Shown: one piece after another, positions 50,823-64,000 of the stretch
Layout of the letters: each line of letters begins with the position of its first letter
How positions within the stretch are numbered: the stretch's first letter is position 1
Origin: an uncultured Candidatus Rokubacteria bacterium
GTDB lineage: Bacteria > Methylomirabilota > Methylomirabilia > Rokubacteriales > CSP1-6
Reading direction: 5' to 3'
Length of the DNA: 64,000 nt
NCBI GenBank assembly: GCA_963789955.1
Contig: CAWBMV010000022.1
Location: 352,001-416,000 of the forward strand
Translations under genes and position numbers: made by a program
The notes under the pieces: generated by a model
Seen by the model: only the letters and a program-made list of their open reading frames with translations
What the model was told of the DNA's origin: nothing
The model's database searches: none

Positions 50823-51609
50823 CTACGAGCTCTCGATCGGCCGGCCGTGGCGGGCGATGAACTCGGGAAACGCCGCCTCGGCCTTGGCGCCTCTGACCAC
50901 GTTGGTCGTGTAGTCCCGCTCGTTCGCCCACTGCTCTTCGAGGTCGCAGCCCAGGTCGCGGAGCAGCAGCGCCTTCACGCCCATCACCGCCTCGCGCTTG
51001 TTCTTGGCGATCATCTTCGCGAGCCAGAGGGTCTTCGTCGCGCAGCTCGGCGCAGGGCACGAGATGATTGAGGAGGCCGATCCGGTGAGCCTCCTCCGCC
51101 TCGACCGTCCGGGCCGAGAACAGGAGCTCCTTGGCGATGGGCCAGCCGACCTGGTTCGGTAACGTCCAGGTGCTGTTGATTCGCCCGTAGGCGGCCGCCA
51201 GGAACCGGAAGCTCGAGTGCTCGCACCCGACCCGCATGTCGAGGGACGACGCCAGCACCGCGGCCCCGCCGTAGGCCAGGCCGTTCATCATCCCGATCGT
51301 GGGCTTGGGACAGGCGCCGATCTCGTAGCTGCCCCGGGCGCGCACGGCGGTACGCGCATCGAGCTCGGCCTGCGAATACCGCCGGTCGTCCTCGCGCTGC
51401 TCGTGGATGTCGCCGCCGGCCGAGAACGCGCGCTTGCCGGCGCCCGTGATGACGAGGCAGCCGACCTCGTCGTCGTCGGTCATTCGCGCGACCGCCTCGC
51501 GCAGCTCGGCGCTCAGCTGCGCGTTCATCGCGTTGAGCTGCTCCGGGCGATTCAGGGTGAGAATCGCCACCCCTTCGGTCTTCTCGACGAGGACGACCTG
51601 GTCCGCCAT
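50823..51609 (-). CDS. Enoyl-CoA hydratase/isomerase family (frameshift near 51035)
   Basis: TLNRPEQLNA, AFSAGGDI, NGLAYGG. Confidence 0.9.
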
Positions 51610-51683
51610 TGCGCGCCTCCCCGCGTCGCCCGGAGGCGACGCGGGAGGTAGCATACACCGCCGCGGAGGGTCGTCGCGCGCGA

Positions 51684-52304
51684 TCAGCGCTGGGCGGCGG
51701 TGGTTTCCGCGGCTTTTTTCTGGAGCCGCTCCCGCAGCGAGCTGTAGGACTCCGCGCGAATCACGCGGTCGAACTGGCTCCGGTAGCTCGCGATGAAGCT
51801 CACTCCCTGGACCACCACGTCGTAGATGCGCCACCGTCCATCGATCACGTGCAGACGGTAGTCGAGCGGCATCTCGGTCCCGTGTCGAGACCCCACCTTC
51901 GAGCGCACGGTCGCGGAGCCGTCGCCATCGATCGACTCGCCCAGGAAGGTGATCTGCTGACCGCCGGCGGCCTCGACCTGCGTCAGGTAGGCGCGCTCCA
52001 GCAGATCCCGGAAAAGCGTGACGAACTCCGCCTGCTCATCGGACTGGAGCGTCTGCCAGTGCCGGGAGAGCGCGCGGCGGGAGATCTCGTCGAAGTCGAA
52101 CATCTCTCGAACGATCTCGCGGATGGCCACAAATCGATCGGCCGAGATGGCGGCCCCGTCGGATCGGCCGGTTTGCATGATGTTCATGAAGCGCGCGACC
52201 GCCGCTTCGACGGCGTCACGCGGTCCAACGGTCTGTGCGGCTGGCACGGTCTCGGCTACGAGCAAGCTTGCTACGGTCAGCGCGATTGCGATCCAGGTCG
52301 TCAT
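51684..52304 (-). CDS. MlaC/Ttg2D-family periplasmic binding protein
   Basis: FDFDEISRRAL..HW, WRIYDVVVQGVSFIASYRSQF. Confidence 0.88.
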   Translation of the reverse strand: MTTWIAIALTVASLLVAETVPAAQTVGPRDAVEAAVARFMNIMQTGRSDGAAISADRFVAIREIVREMFDFDEISRRALSRHWQTLQSDEQAEFVTLFRDLLERAYLTQVEAAGGQQITFLGESIDGDGSATVRSKVGSRHGTEMPLDYRLHVIDGRWRIYDVVVQGVSFIASYRSQFDRVIRAESYSSLRERLQKKAAETTAAQR

Positions 52305-52422
52305 CGTCGTCCCCCTGAACCACCCTACGTGGCGCCGGTCCGACGACGCTATCCGGAGAACCCGCCAGGCGACGCAGGGGAAACCATGGATCCCAGCGCG
52401 GGTGGTAGCACGCGCTCGACGA

Positions 52423-53101
52423 ATGCGAGTTCTCTTGATCGAGGACGACCGGGAGGCCGCTCGACTGCTGGCCAAGGGCTTGCGCGAGGAAGGCTGGGTC
52501 GTCGACATCGCCCATTCCGGCGAGTCGGGCGACGAGATGGCCAGCGTGAACAGCTACGACGCCGTCATCCTCGACTGGCTCCTGCCGGATCGCGACGGGA
52601 TTGCGGTGTGCCGCGGCCTGCGTAAGGCCGGCCTCCACGTCCCGATCTTGCTCTTGACTGCGCGCGACGCAGTCGAGGATCGCGTCCTGGGCTTGAACGC
52701 GGGGGCCGACGACTACCTCACGAAGCCGTTCGCGTTCGCCGAGCTGCTCGCCCGGCTCCACGCGCTGCTCCGCCGGTCCGACCTCACGCGGCCGGTCCTG
52801 CTCACCGTCGCTGATCTCACGCTCGACCCGGGCAGCCACGTGGTCACCCGCGGGGGCGTCCCGCTCAGCCTCACGCCGAGGGAGTACGCGATTCTGGAGA
52901 CCCTCATGCGCCGCGCCGGCGAAGTCGTCAGCCGCGTTCACCTCGGAGAGAGCGTGTGGGAAAACGACCTCGATTCGTTCGACGAATCTGGTCGAGGTTC
53001 ACATCAGTCACCTCAGGCGGAAGGTGGATCGTGCCGGTGCGCTGCCGCTCATTCACACGGTCCGCGGCTACGGCTACCGCCTGGGACCACCGGCTCAGTG
53101 A
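52423..53101 (+). CDS. OmpR-family response regulator (CusR/CzcR/QseB-like); frameshift near 52985
   Basis: MRVLLIEDD, LDWLLP, GADDYLTKPF; corrected end NLVEVHISHLRRKVD...TVRGYGY. Confidence 0.92.
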
Positions 53102-54513
53102 TGGCGCTGAGCTTCAAGGCGCGCCTCACCCTCTGGCACCTGCTTGCGGTCATGGTCATTCTGGCCGGGACGGGGCTCGCCGCGAACTGGGCGCTGTCGC
53201 GGGTGGTGCTCGATCGGATGGTCGACGACGCGGTCCTTGCGCTGGCCGAGGCGGAAGCGACGGCGCTGACGACGAACCCCCAGGCTCCCGTGCGCGTGCA
53301 CGAGACGCCACCCGGGACGGCGGCACCCTCGTTCGCCCGGCTCGACAAGTTCGTCCAGATCGTGGCCCTGGACGGTCAGGTGGCCGCGCGAGGGATGACC
53401 CTCGGGACCGCGCGACTCCCCGCGCCGCCGGCGCTGCTGCGTCGACTTCGCGACGGGGAAACCGTCTTCGAGACGGTCAATGACTTCGGTGAAGAGCCGG
53501 TACGCATGGTGTCGCTGCCGGTCGACGTGGCCGGGACCCGCTACGCGGTCCAGGTGGCCATGTCGCTCGACGACGCCTACGCGGTGCTCGGATCGGTGCG
53601 GCGGCTGTTCGTCGTCATGGCGGCCGGGATCCTGCTCGGTGTGGGGTTGACGGGAATCATCCTGACGCGACGAGCCCTTCGTCCGATCGACCGCATCGTG
53701 GCCCGGGCCCGCGAGATCGGTGAGTCCAGCTTCGGCGAACGGCTGCCGAGCCCGGGCCAGCAGGACGAGATCGGCCGGCTGGTCGACACCCTCAACGACA
53801 TGCTCGCGCGGATCGAGGGCAGCTTCGAGGTCCAGCGCCGCTTCACGGCCGACGCGGCGCACGAGCTCCAGTCGCCGCTCTCGCGCCTGCGGACGGAGCT
53901 CGAGGTCACCTTGCGCCGTCGCCGCGACACGGGCGAGTACGAAGAGACCCTTCGCTCGTGTCTCGAGAAGGTCGAGCGGCTCGCGATCCTCACAAAGGAG
54001 CTCCTGACCCTCGCCCGTCTGGACGCGGAGCAGGGTCGCCCGGCGCCCGCTCACGTCGTGCGGCTCGGCCCCGTGCTCGAAGGCGCGGTCAGGCGGCTCG
54101 CGGCCGAAGCTGAAAAGCGCGGCGTCACCGTCGCGCTTCATCCTTCGCAGGCGCTGTCACTGTCGGTCCGCTGCGGAGAAGGGCTCGCGGATCTCGTGTT
54201 CACGAACGTGCTGGACAACGCCGTCAAGTTCTCGCCGCCCGGCGGCCGGGTGGTGGTCGATGCCGCGGCCGAAGGCTCCGAGGTGGTCGTCGCGGTCTCC
54301 GACGCGGGGCCGGGGATCCCGGCCGAGGAGATCGCTCGGGTGTTCGAGCGCTTCTACCGCGGGCGCAACGCGAGGGCCAACGAGCCGACGGGCTTCGGCC
54401 TAGGGCTGGCAATCTCCGAGGCCGTGGTCAAGCAGCACGGTGGCCAGATGTCGGTCGAGAGCGCGCCGGGCTGCGGCGCGACGGTTCGCGTGCGATTCCC
54501 GGTGGGCACGTAG
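53101..54513 (+). CDS. Sensor histidine kinase (CusS-like)
   Basis: Two TM segments, HAMP, AAHELQSPL, NVLDNAVKF, DAGPGI, GFGLGLAI. Confidence 0.93.
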   Translation: MALSFKARLTLWHLLAVMVILAGTGLAANWALSRVVLDRMVDDAVLALAEAEATALTTNPQAPVRVHETPPGTAAPSFARLDKFVQIVALDGQVAARGMTLGTARLPAPPALLRRLRDGETVFETVNDFGEEPVRMVSLPVDVAGTRYAVQVAMSLDDAYAVLGSVRRLFVVMAAGILLGVGLTGIILTRRALRPIDRIVARAREIGESSFGERLPSPGQQDEIGRLVDTLNDMLARIEGSFEVQRRFTADAAHELQSPLSRLRTELEVTLRRRRDTGEYEETLRSCLEKVERLAILTKELLTLARLDAEQGRPAPAHVVRLGPVLEGAVRRLAAEAEKRGVTVALHPSQALSLSVRCGEGLADLVFTNVLDNAVKFSPPGGRVVVDAAAEGSEVVVAVSDAGPGIPAEEIARVFERFYRGRNARANEPTGFGLGLAISEAVVKQHGGQMSVESAPGCGATVRVRFPVGT

Positions 54514-54520
54514 CCCGCCG

Positions 54521-57647
<3,127 letters not shown>

Positions 57648-57660
57648 GGCCCGAGCTCGC

Positions 57661-58887
57661 TCAGCGGTCTTTCAGGAGGACGCCACCGTCGACGACGACT
57701 CGCTCACCGGCCGCGACGCCCGACACGACCGGCATGACGTCGCCGACCCGTGGGCCGAGCACGACTTCGCGCCGCTCGAAACGTCCGGGCGCGCGCTCGA
57801 GGAAGACGATGGGGTGACCGTACTCCTGGACGATGGCGGCGACGGGGAGCACGGGCGTCGGCTTCGAGTCACCGGCGTGGCGGATGGTCGCGAACATCTC
57901 CGGCCGGAAGCGGCCGCCCGGATTCGCCAGCTCGACGTAGACCTTCACCGTTCGCGTCTGGGGATCGAGCACGTCGGCGATGCGCGCCACCCGCCCCTCG
58001 AACGCTTCGCCGGGGTAGGCGACCATCGTGATCGTCACGCGCTCACCAACGCGGATGAGCCGGATCGCCGATTCGGGAACGTCCGAGGCCAGCCACACCC
58101 GGCTCAGGTCCGCGATGGTCATCAGCGGCGTCCCGGTGTCGTTCCGGTACTCGCCCGGCGCGACGTTGACCTCGAGCACCTTGCCGCTGATTGGCGCTCG
58201 CACCTGGATGACCTGTCGTGAGTTACTCGAGAGCTTGAGGTCGAGGAGCTCGAGCTTGCGCTTGGCCTGATGGCGCGCGGCCTGCGCCGTCTCGAGCGCG
58301 GCTTGCGCCTGCGCCCGATCGTTCTGCGCGCTCAGCATGTCCTTCTGGGCGACGGCATGGTGCTCGAAGAGCTCGGTTGTCCGTGCGAGATCGCCGTCGG
58401 CCTTGCTCAACGCGGCCTGCGCCTGGCGCTCGGCGGCTTCGGCCTGGATCGCGGCCGCGATCGCTGCATCCGCATCCGGGCTGTCGACGTCCAGCACCCG
58501 CTGCCCCTGCTCCACGGCATCGCCCACCTTCGCCAGAACGGCGACGACGCGCCCCGCGACCGGGAGCAGGAGACGAGAAGTCCGGTTGGGGTCGATGCCG
58601 ATACGTCCAGGTGCTGTGACCTCGTCGACGGCGATGTCCCGGATCCGCACCGGCTCGATCTTCAGCTGCGCGGCCTGGGGGGAGTCGGGCGGCACGGTCA
58701 CCTCGGCTCTGGGCGTCGAGGACGCCGTCGGGAACGAGACGGGGGCCGGCGAGGCGGCCGGCCCGTCGGCTGCGCGCTCGCACCCAGCGAGCCCGAGCCC
58801 GCACAAGAAGGCCGCGACCGGCAATCCGAAGCGCCGGGCAGTATCTCGCAGGGGGCTGACATTGTTTCCGGATCCGTGGACGCGCAT
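57661..58887 (-). CDS. RND periplasmic adaptor (CusB/CzcB-like lipoprotein)
   Basis: LAGC lipobox, VRAPISG, IADLSRVW, DPQTRTVKV, FRPEMFA. Confidence 0.92.
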   Translation of the reverse strand: MRVHGSGNNVSPLRDTARRFGLPVAAFLCGLGLAGCERAADGPAASPAPVSFPTASSTPRAEVTVPPDSPQAAQLKIEPVRIRDIAVDEVTAPGRIGIDPNRTSRLLLPVAGRVVAVLAKVGDAVEQGQRVLDVDSPDADAAIAAAIQAEAAERQAQAALSKADGDLARTTELFEHHAVAQKDMLSAQNDRAQAQAALETAQAARHQAKRKLELLDLKLSSNSRQVIQVRAPISGKVLEVNVAPGEYRNDTGTPLMTIADLSRVWLASDVPESAIRLIRVGERVTITMVAYPGEAFEGRVARIADVLDPQTRTVKVYVELANPGGRFRPEMFATIRHAGDSKPTPVLPVAAIVQEYGHPIVFLERAPGRFERREVVLGPRVGDVMPVVSGVAAGERVVVDGGVLLKDR

Positions 58888-58904
58888 TCCGCCTCGCTCC
58901 GCGG

Positions 58905-58938
58905 ACTGTACCCAGCGGCTGGTTAAGACTTCCTGAAG
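58905..58938 (-). promoter_or_regulatory. OmpR-type direct-repeat box plus -10 upstream of the RND operon
   Basis: CTTCAG-N5-CTTAAC, then 11 nt, then TACAGT. Confidence 0.5.
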
Positions 58939-59000
58939 GCCGGCGTGGCGCGGCGGAAGGCGAGGAGGCGGTGTAGCATACAGCGCTCGGAGGGGCCAAC

Positions 59001-59880
59001 GTGCTGACCCGCATCGACCACGTCATGATCGCCGTCCCGGACCTCGAGCGCGGAATCGACGCGTTCACGCGCATCGGATTCGACATCTACCCGGGCGGCG
59101 CCCACACGGGTCGCGCGACCCACAATGCGATCGCCTTTCACCAGGACGACTATCTCGAGCTCCTGAGCTTGCGCGATCCCAACGCCTCGATCGCGGCCGG
59201 GAGCTCCGACGCGCGCCTCGCGGAGTTCCTCGCCCGCGGCGGGCGGATTCCGCTACGTCGCCGTGCAGAGCGACGATCTGGCGGCCGACGTCGCGGCGAT
59301 GCGGCGGCGCGGCGTCGACGTGAGCGATCCGGCCGCCGGCGCCCGGCGATCGCCGAGCGGGCAAGAGCTCGCGTGGCGGGCGGCGGGCCTCGGCGCCGGC
59401 AATCCATTGCCGATCTTCTTCGTGCAGCACCTCACGCCGCTCGCCGACCGCAGACGCCAGGTGGCGCGCGCCGGCGATCATCCCAACGGCGTGCTCCGCC
59501 TGGATCGCGTCTACATCGCGGTGACCGACGTCGGCGCCGCCTCGCAGACGTACGCGCGCGTGCTCGGCATGCCCGTGCCGAAGATCCAGCGCGGCGCGGT
59601 GATCAAGGCCGACATGGCGGTCTTCGATCTCGGACCGACGGGCCTGACCGTGGCGCAGCCCGCCGAGCCCGGCCCCGCCGCCGAGGCGCTGGCGCGGCGC
59701 GGTCCCGGCCCCTTCCAGGTGCTCTACCGCACGCGCAGCATGGATGCCGCGGCGCGCTGGATCGAAGGTCACGGTCTGCCGCCGCCGGCGCGCGGCGTTC
59801 GCAACACCGGCGAGCAGGCGATGCTGGTGGGGCCGGAGCAGGCGTGCGGAGCCTACATCGGGTTCGTGGGGCCGGCCTAG
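59001..59880 (+). CDS. VOC / glyoxalase-like (Glyoxalase_3) protein; frameshift near 59245
   Basis: IDHVMIAVPDLE, GGAH...THNA, YLELL. Confidence 0.85.
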
Positions 59881-59898
59881 TCCGTCCGCGAGGGGGTA

Positions 59899-60498
59899 TC
59901 AGGGCAGGAGATCGGCGACGCGGATCGACGTGCGCGGAGCGAGGAGCGGCGCCGACGATCGCGGCAGGGCGAAGCGCCGTCACGGTGCGATAGTGCCCAC
60001 CCGTGGAGCGCGCCGGCAAACGCCTCGGGGTCACGGTGGACCTCGACGAACGTCCGTGGACGACGTCGATGAGCCAGTAGTCGCGGCTGCTCGCGCGCGA
60101 GCATACAGCCTCATCTTGTACTCGCGGTCGATCGCGATACGAGCTCGCGGAGATCTCGACGATCAGGACGCCACCTCGGCAGGGTGGGCGCCCAGCGTAC
60201 GCGCCGGCCTCGTACGGCACCACGCTGATGTCTGGCTCGGGCTCCGAGTCGTCGTCGAGCGCGATCGGAAGCTGTGAATCGATTTGCCATTCATCGCCGA
60301 GCGCGCGGCGGAGCGCCGCTATCACGCGACGAATCGCCGCGGCGTGCCGGCTTCCCTGGGGCTCTCGCACGACGAGCTGACCGTCGAGCAGCTCGAGTCG
60401 CTCATCGGTGCCGGAACACGCCCAGCTCGATCAGGCGTTCGTATTCGACGCGCGTCCAGCGGCGAACTCGGGGGAGCTGGGTGACCGAAGGCTGCCAT
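59899..60498 (-). CDS. Uma2-family endonuclease; multiple frameshifts
   Basis: RRWTRVEYERLIELG, DSEPEPDISVV, LIVEIS, YWL, DLLP-stop. Confidence 0.8.
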
Positions 60499-60614
60499 CG
60501 ATCCTCGAATCGTAGCGAGCGCGGGTCGGCGGCGTCAACGTGCGGAATCGGTCACACCTGTCGCTCCGCGCGGGCAGGCGTAGAATTCAGCGCACCTGGC
60601 TAAGGAGGATCGGA

Positions 60615-61700
60615 ATGGACTACGGACTGTTCACGATGCCGTCGCATCCGCCCGAGCGCAATCTGTACGACGGGCACCGGTGGGATCTGCAGCAGCTGCG
60701 CTGGGCGGACGAGCTCGGGTTCAGCGAGGCGTGGATCGGCGAGCACCACACGGCGCCGTGGGAGCCGCATCCGGCGCCCGATCTTCTGGTGGCCCAGGCG
60801 CTCATGGAAACGACGCGCATGCGCATCGGGCCCGGCGGGTTCCTGATGCCCTACCATCATCCGGCCGAGCTCGCTCATCGCGTGGCGATGCTCGATCACC
60901 TGGCGCAGGGGCGACTCAACTTCGGCGTCGCGGCGAGCGGCTTGCCGAGCGATTGGGCCATGTTCAACGTCGACGGCATGTCGGGCCAGCACCGGGAGAT
61001 GACGCGCGAGGCGCTCGACATCATCCTGCGTCTCTGGAGCGACGAGCCGGAGTTCGATCACAAGGGCAAGTTCTGGCACGTCACGAAGACCGGGACGATG
61101 CTCGACACGTTGCGTCCGCACATCAAGCCGTTCCAGAAGCCGTACCCGCCGATCGGCGTGGCCGGCGTCAGCAAGGGATCCGACACGTTGAAGCTCGCCG
61201 GCGAGCGCGGGTTCTGGCCGATGAGTCTGAACCTCAACCCGACCTACGTCGGCAGCCACTGGGAGGCCGTGGAGCAGGGCGCCGCGCGGACGGGCCGCAC
61301 GCCGAAGCGGTCGGAGTGGCGGCTCGTGCGCGAGATCTTCATCGCCGATACCGACGCCGAGGCGATGCGGCTGTCGGCCGGCGGCATGATGGGCCGGATG
61401 ATGAAGGAATACTTCCTGCCGCTGCTCGCGTCGTTCCAGTTCACGGAGTTCTTGAAGCACAAGCCGGACGTGCCGGACTCCGACGTGACGCCCGAGTACT
61501 GCGCGCGCCACAACTGGCTGGTGGGCTCGCCGGCCACGGTGTCGGCCAGACTCCACGAGATCTACGAAGAGGTCGGCGGCTTCGGGACGATTCTGTTGTT
61601 CTGCTTCGACTACTCGGAGAACCCGCAGGCGTGGCGGCACTCGATGGAGCTCCTGGCCAAGGAGGTCATGCCCCGCTTCAAGAGCCTGGTGCCGAAGTAG
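60615..61700 (+). CDS. LLM-class flavin-dependent monooxygenase
   Basis: AAGGAGG RBS, AWIGEHHT, PYHHPAELA, DHLAQGR. Confidence 0.92.
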   Translation: MDYGLFTMPSHPPERNLYDGHRWDLQQLRWADELGFSEAWIGEHHTAPWEPHPAPDLLVAQALMETTRMRIGPGGFLMPYHHPAELAHRVAMLDHLAQGRLNFGVAASGLPSDWAMFNVDGMSGQHREMTREALDIILRLWSDEPEFDHKGKFWHVTKTGTMLDTLRPHIKPFQKPYPPIGVAGVSKGSDTLKLAGERGFWPMSLNLNPTYVGSHWEAVEQGAARTGRTPKRSEWRLVREIFIADTDAEAMRLSAGGMMGRMMKEYFLPLLASFQFTEFLKHKPDVPDSDVTPEYCARHNWLVGSPATVSARLHEIYEEVGGFGTILLFCFDYSENPQAWRHSMELLAKEVMPRFKSLVPK

Positions 61701-64000
61701 GTCCTGGCGTCGACGTGACCTCGCGGACGCGCTCGGGCGAGTAGCCGAGCAGCGCGCCGAGCACCGCTTCGTTGTCGGACCCGGGACGGCGCGACCAGTC
61801 GGTCAGCCGTCCCGGCGTTCTCGTCAGCACGGGCACGATTCCCTGGGTGACGATCTCGCCCCCGGCGCCATCGCTGCGCCGCACGAGGTCGCCGCGGCTC
61901 CACAGGTGCGGCTCGCGGACGAGGTCGGTGATCGAGTTGACCACGCTCGCGGCGAGCCCGGCCTCGCGCAGGACACGCACCCCTTCGTCGGCGGCGAGCG
62001 CGCCGATCAGCTTGGCGAACTCCTCCTTCACGCGCGCGGGATCGTCGGCGCGCAGGCGCCCCAGCCGTCCGAGCGCGCCGGCGAAGCCTCCCCAGTCGGC
62101 GGCGGACGCGGCCACGAAGCGGCCGTCGACGGCCTCGGCGGTGAGACTCGACGGATAGAGGGGCGAGTCGCCGGCGGCGCGCTCGCGCCGGATACCCAGC
62201 GCGCTGCGCACCGCGAGGAGATCGCCCGTGAGGCGCAGGGCGCACTCGAACATCGCGGTGTCCACGATCTGTCCCTGGCCGTCGACATCGCGGCGCAGGA
62301 GTGCCGCGACCATGCCGAGCACGTTGAAGAGCGCGGTCGAGTAGTCGCCGGCCGTGACGCCGTCGCGACACGGCGGGCGGTCGGGGAAGCCGTTGAGATA
62401 GGTCATGCCGCCGAAGGCGAGGCCGACCGGGTTGAACGCGGCGCGGGCCGCGTACGGTCCGCTCTGCCCGAATCCCGACGATCGCAGGATGACGAGTCGG
62501 GGATTGACGGCGTGGAGCTCCGCGGGCCCGAGGTTCCAGCGCTCGAGCGTGCCCGGGCGGAAGTTCTCCACGATGAGGTCGCTCACGCGCACCAGCTCCA
62601 GGAACACCTCGCGACCGCGCGGCGACCGCACGTCGAGCGTGATGCTGCGCTTGTTCCGGTTCGTCACCGGGAACCCGACGCCGCGACTGCCCGGGCCGTC
62701 GATCGACGCCGTCCCGGTGGCCGGCAGCTCGACCATGACGACCTCGGCGCCGAAATCGCCGAGCAGCGCCGCCGCCGCGGGACCCGCGAGCCACTGCGAC
62801 AGGTCGAGCACCCGCACGCCGGTCAGCGCTCCCGCGCCGGGCGCGCTCGGCGATGTCACCTCCGGCCTCGGTCGCGCGGCGATGCGTTCGACGTTCGCGC
62901 GGACGATCGCCGTGTGCTCGCCGAGGCGCGGGGCGCTCGCGGAGTCGCGCGCGCTCGTCCGCGAGAACCGCGGCGTCGGCGCGGGGGCGAGGAAGTCGCG
63001 GCCCGAGGACGACTTGAGAGGCAGCGTGGACCGGCGCGCCTGCACGTGAGCATCGCCGATGATCTCGTCGACCGAGCGGACGGCGGTGCCCGCGACTCCC
63101 GCCTTCGTGAAGCGCGCCTCCACATCGGCCAGATCGTGCTTGACGACCCACGCCCGCACCAGCTCGTCGGCGGCGGCGCGATTGGCGAGGCGCGCCGCGC
63201 TGGTCGAGAACCGCGGGTCCTTGACGGCCTGGGGCGCTCCGATCGCGTCACACAGACGGGCGAACGGCTGATCGCCGGCGCCGGAGAGCGCGATGAAGCC
63301 GCCGTCCCGCGTGGGGTAGACATTGGCCGGAACAACCGTCGCGGACTCGGTGCCCATGCGTGAGGCCACGGCGCCCGTCGTGTGATGACGGATGACGACG
63401 TCCTCCTGCAGGCGCAGCGCGGTCTGGTAGAGGCCGATGTCGACGACCTGCCCGTGGCCGCTTCGTCTGGCGTGATAGACGGCCATCAGGAGCGCGCCGG
63501 CGCCCAGGATCGCCGACCACGCCTCGGCCAGCGGCACCGTCACCGGAATCGGTGGCCGATCGGGGAATCCCGTCGCGAACTGCATGCCCGAGAAGGCTTG
63601 CGCGATCCGATCGTCGCCGCGCTCGCCGGCCAGCGGTCCGGTCTGCCCGAACGGCGAGATGCGCAGGCACGCGAGGCGAGCGGTTCTTCGCGAGCAGCGC
63701 GTCCGGCGAGAGCCCCGCCGACTCGAGTCGCCCGGGACCGAGATCCTCCACGATCGCGTCGGCGGACTCCAGCAGCTGCGCGAGCCAGGGCTCTCGCGTG
63801 ACGTCGCCCAGCTCCGCCACGATCGAATATTTGCCGCGGTTCTCCGACTGGAAGTAGAGCGAATCTTCACCGGCGATGCCCGGACCGCGACGCCGGAGCG
63901 GTGAGCCGTCGCGGGGCTCGATCTTGATGACCGTCGCGCCCAGATCGGCCAGCAGCCCGCCCGCCAGCTCGGCGGCGAAGCTCCGGGCCAGCTCGAGGAC
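61678..64000 (-). CDS. Two-domain (tandem) class III CoA-transferase; 5' partial; frameshift near 63680
   Basis: Two CaiB repeats: GATVIKIE...ISPFGQTGP and VLDLSQWLAGP...NRNKRS...ENFRPG...SSGFGQSGP. Confidence 0.88.
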   Translation of the reverse strand, partial: SSSWPGASPPSWRAGCWPIWARRSSRSSPATAHRSGVAVRASPVKIRSTSSRRTAANIRSWRSWATSRESPGSRSCWSPPTRSWRISVPGDSSRRGSRRTRCSRRTARLACLRISPFGQTGPLAGERGDDRIAQAFSGMQFATGFPDRPPIPVTVPLAEAWSAILGAGALLMAVYHARRSGHGQVVDIGLYQTALRLQEDVVIRHHTTGAVASRMGTESATVVPANVYPTRDGGFIALSGAGDQPFARLCDAIGAPQAVKDPRFSTSAARLANRAAADELVRAWVVKHDLADVEARFTKAGVAGTAVRSVDEIIGDAHVQARRSTLPLKSSSGRDFLAPAPTPRFSRTSARDSASAPRLGEHTAIVRANVERIAARPRPEVTSPSAPGAGALTGVRVLDLSQWLAGPAAAALLGDFGAEVVMVELPATGTASIDGPGSRGVGFPVTNRNKRSITLDVRSPRGREVFLELVRVSDLIVENFRPGTLERWNLGPAELHAVNPRLVILRSSGFGQSGPYAARAAFNPVGLAFGGMTYLNGFPDRPPCRDGVTAGDYSTALFNVLGMVAALLRRDVDGQGQIVDTAMFECALRLTGDLLAVRSALGIRRERAAGDSPLYPSSLTAEAVDGRFVAASAADWGGFAGALGRLGRLRADDPARVKEEFAKLIGALAADEGVRVLREAGLAASVVNSITDLVREPHLWSRGDLVRRSDGAGGEIVTQGIVPVLTRTPGRLTDWSRRPGSDNEAVLGALLGYSPERVREVTSTPGPTSAPGS

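Noticed and set aside
52018..54513. Apparent response regulator-histidine kinase fusion (831 aa)
   Set aside because: An indel near 52985 shifts the winged-helix C-terminus; the corrected RR stops at 53101 where the HK ATG begins
59899..60498. Uma2 nuclease as an anti-phage defence locus
   Set aside because: Solitary gene with no methyltransferase, toxin or other defence neighbours

Overview
High-GC bacterial chromosome segment with about 60 genes. The gene mix (expanded luciferase-like monooxygenases, class III CoA-transferases, amidohydrolases, orphan ABC binding proteins, Uma2, GC-rich hairpin repeats) resembles Candidatus Rokubacteria/Methylomirabilota; this is inference, not verified. 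About 20 genes carry single-base frameshifts, most likely long-read consensus errors, and these create false fusions in the ORF track. Most content is catabolic or housekeeping (alr, deoA, cdd, alkB, msrB, a nucleoside ABC transporter, a CusA/CzcA-type RND pump with a two-component system). I saw no tRNA, rRNA, CRISPR array or transposase. Main observations: (1) a secreted module at 1-3658 whose central gene has a full phospholipase C/P1-nuclease trinuclear-zinc ligand set; (2) a CotA-like multicopper oxidase broken by two deletions and joined to a CopD-cytochrome c gene; (3) a split nucleoside-salvage operon interleaved with oxygenases and an amidohydrolase; (4) a 50-aa AP2-like basic protein missing from the ORF track; (5) a nested inverted-repeat element at 42.6-42.8 kb; (6) sigma54 promoters, leaderless-type promoters and a PmrA/QseB-like box.
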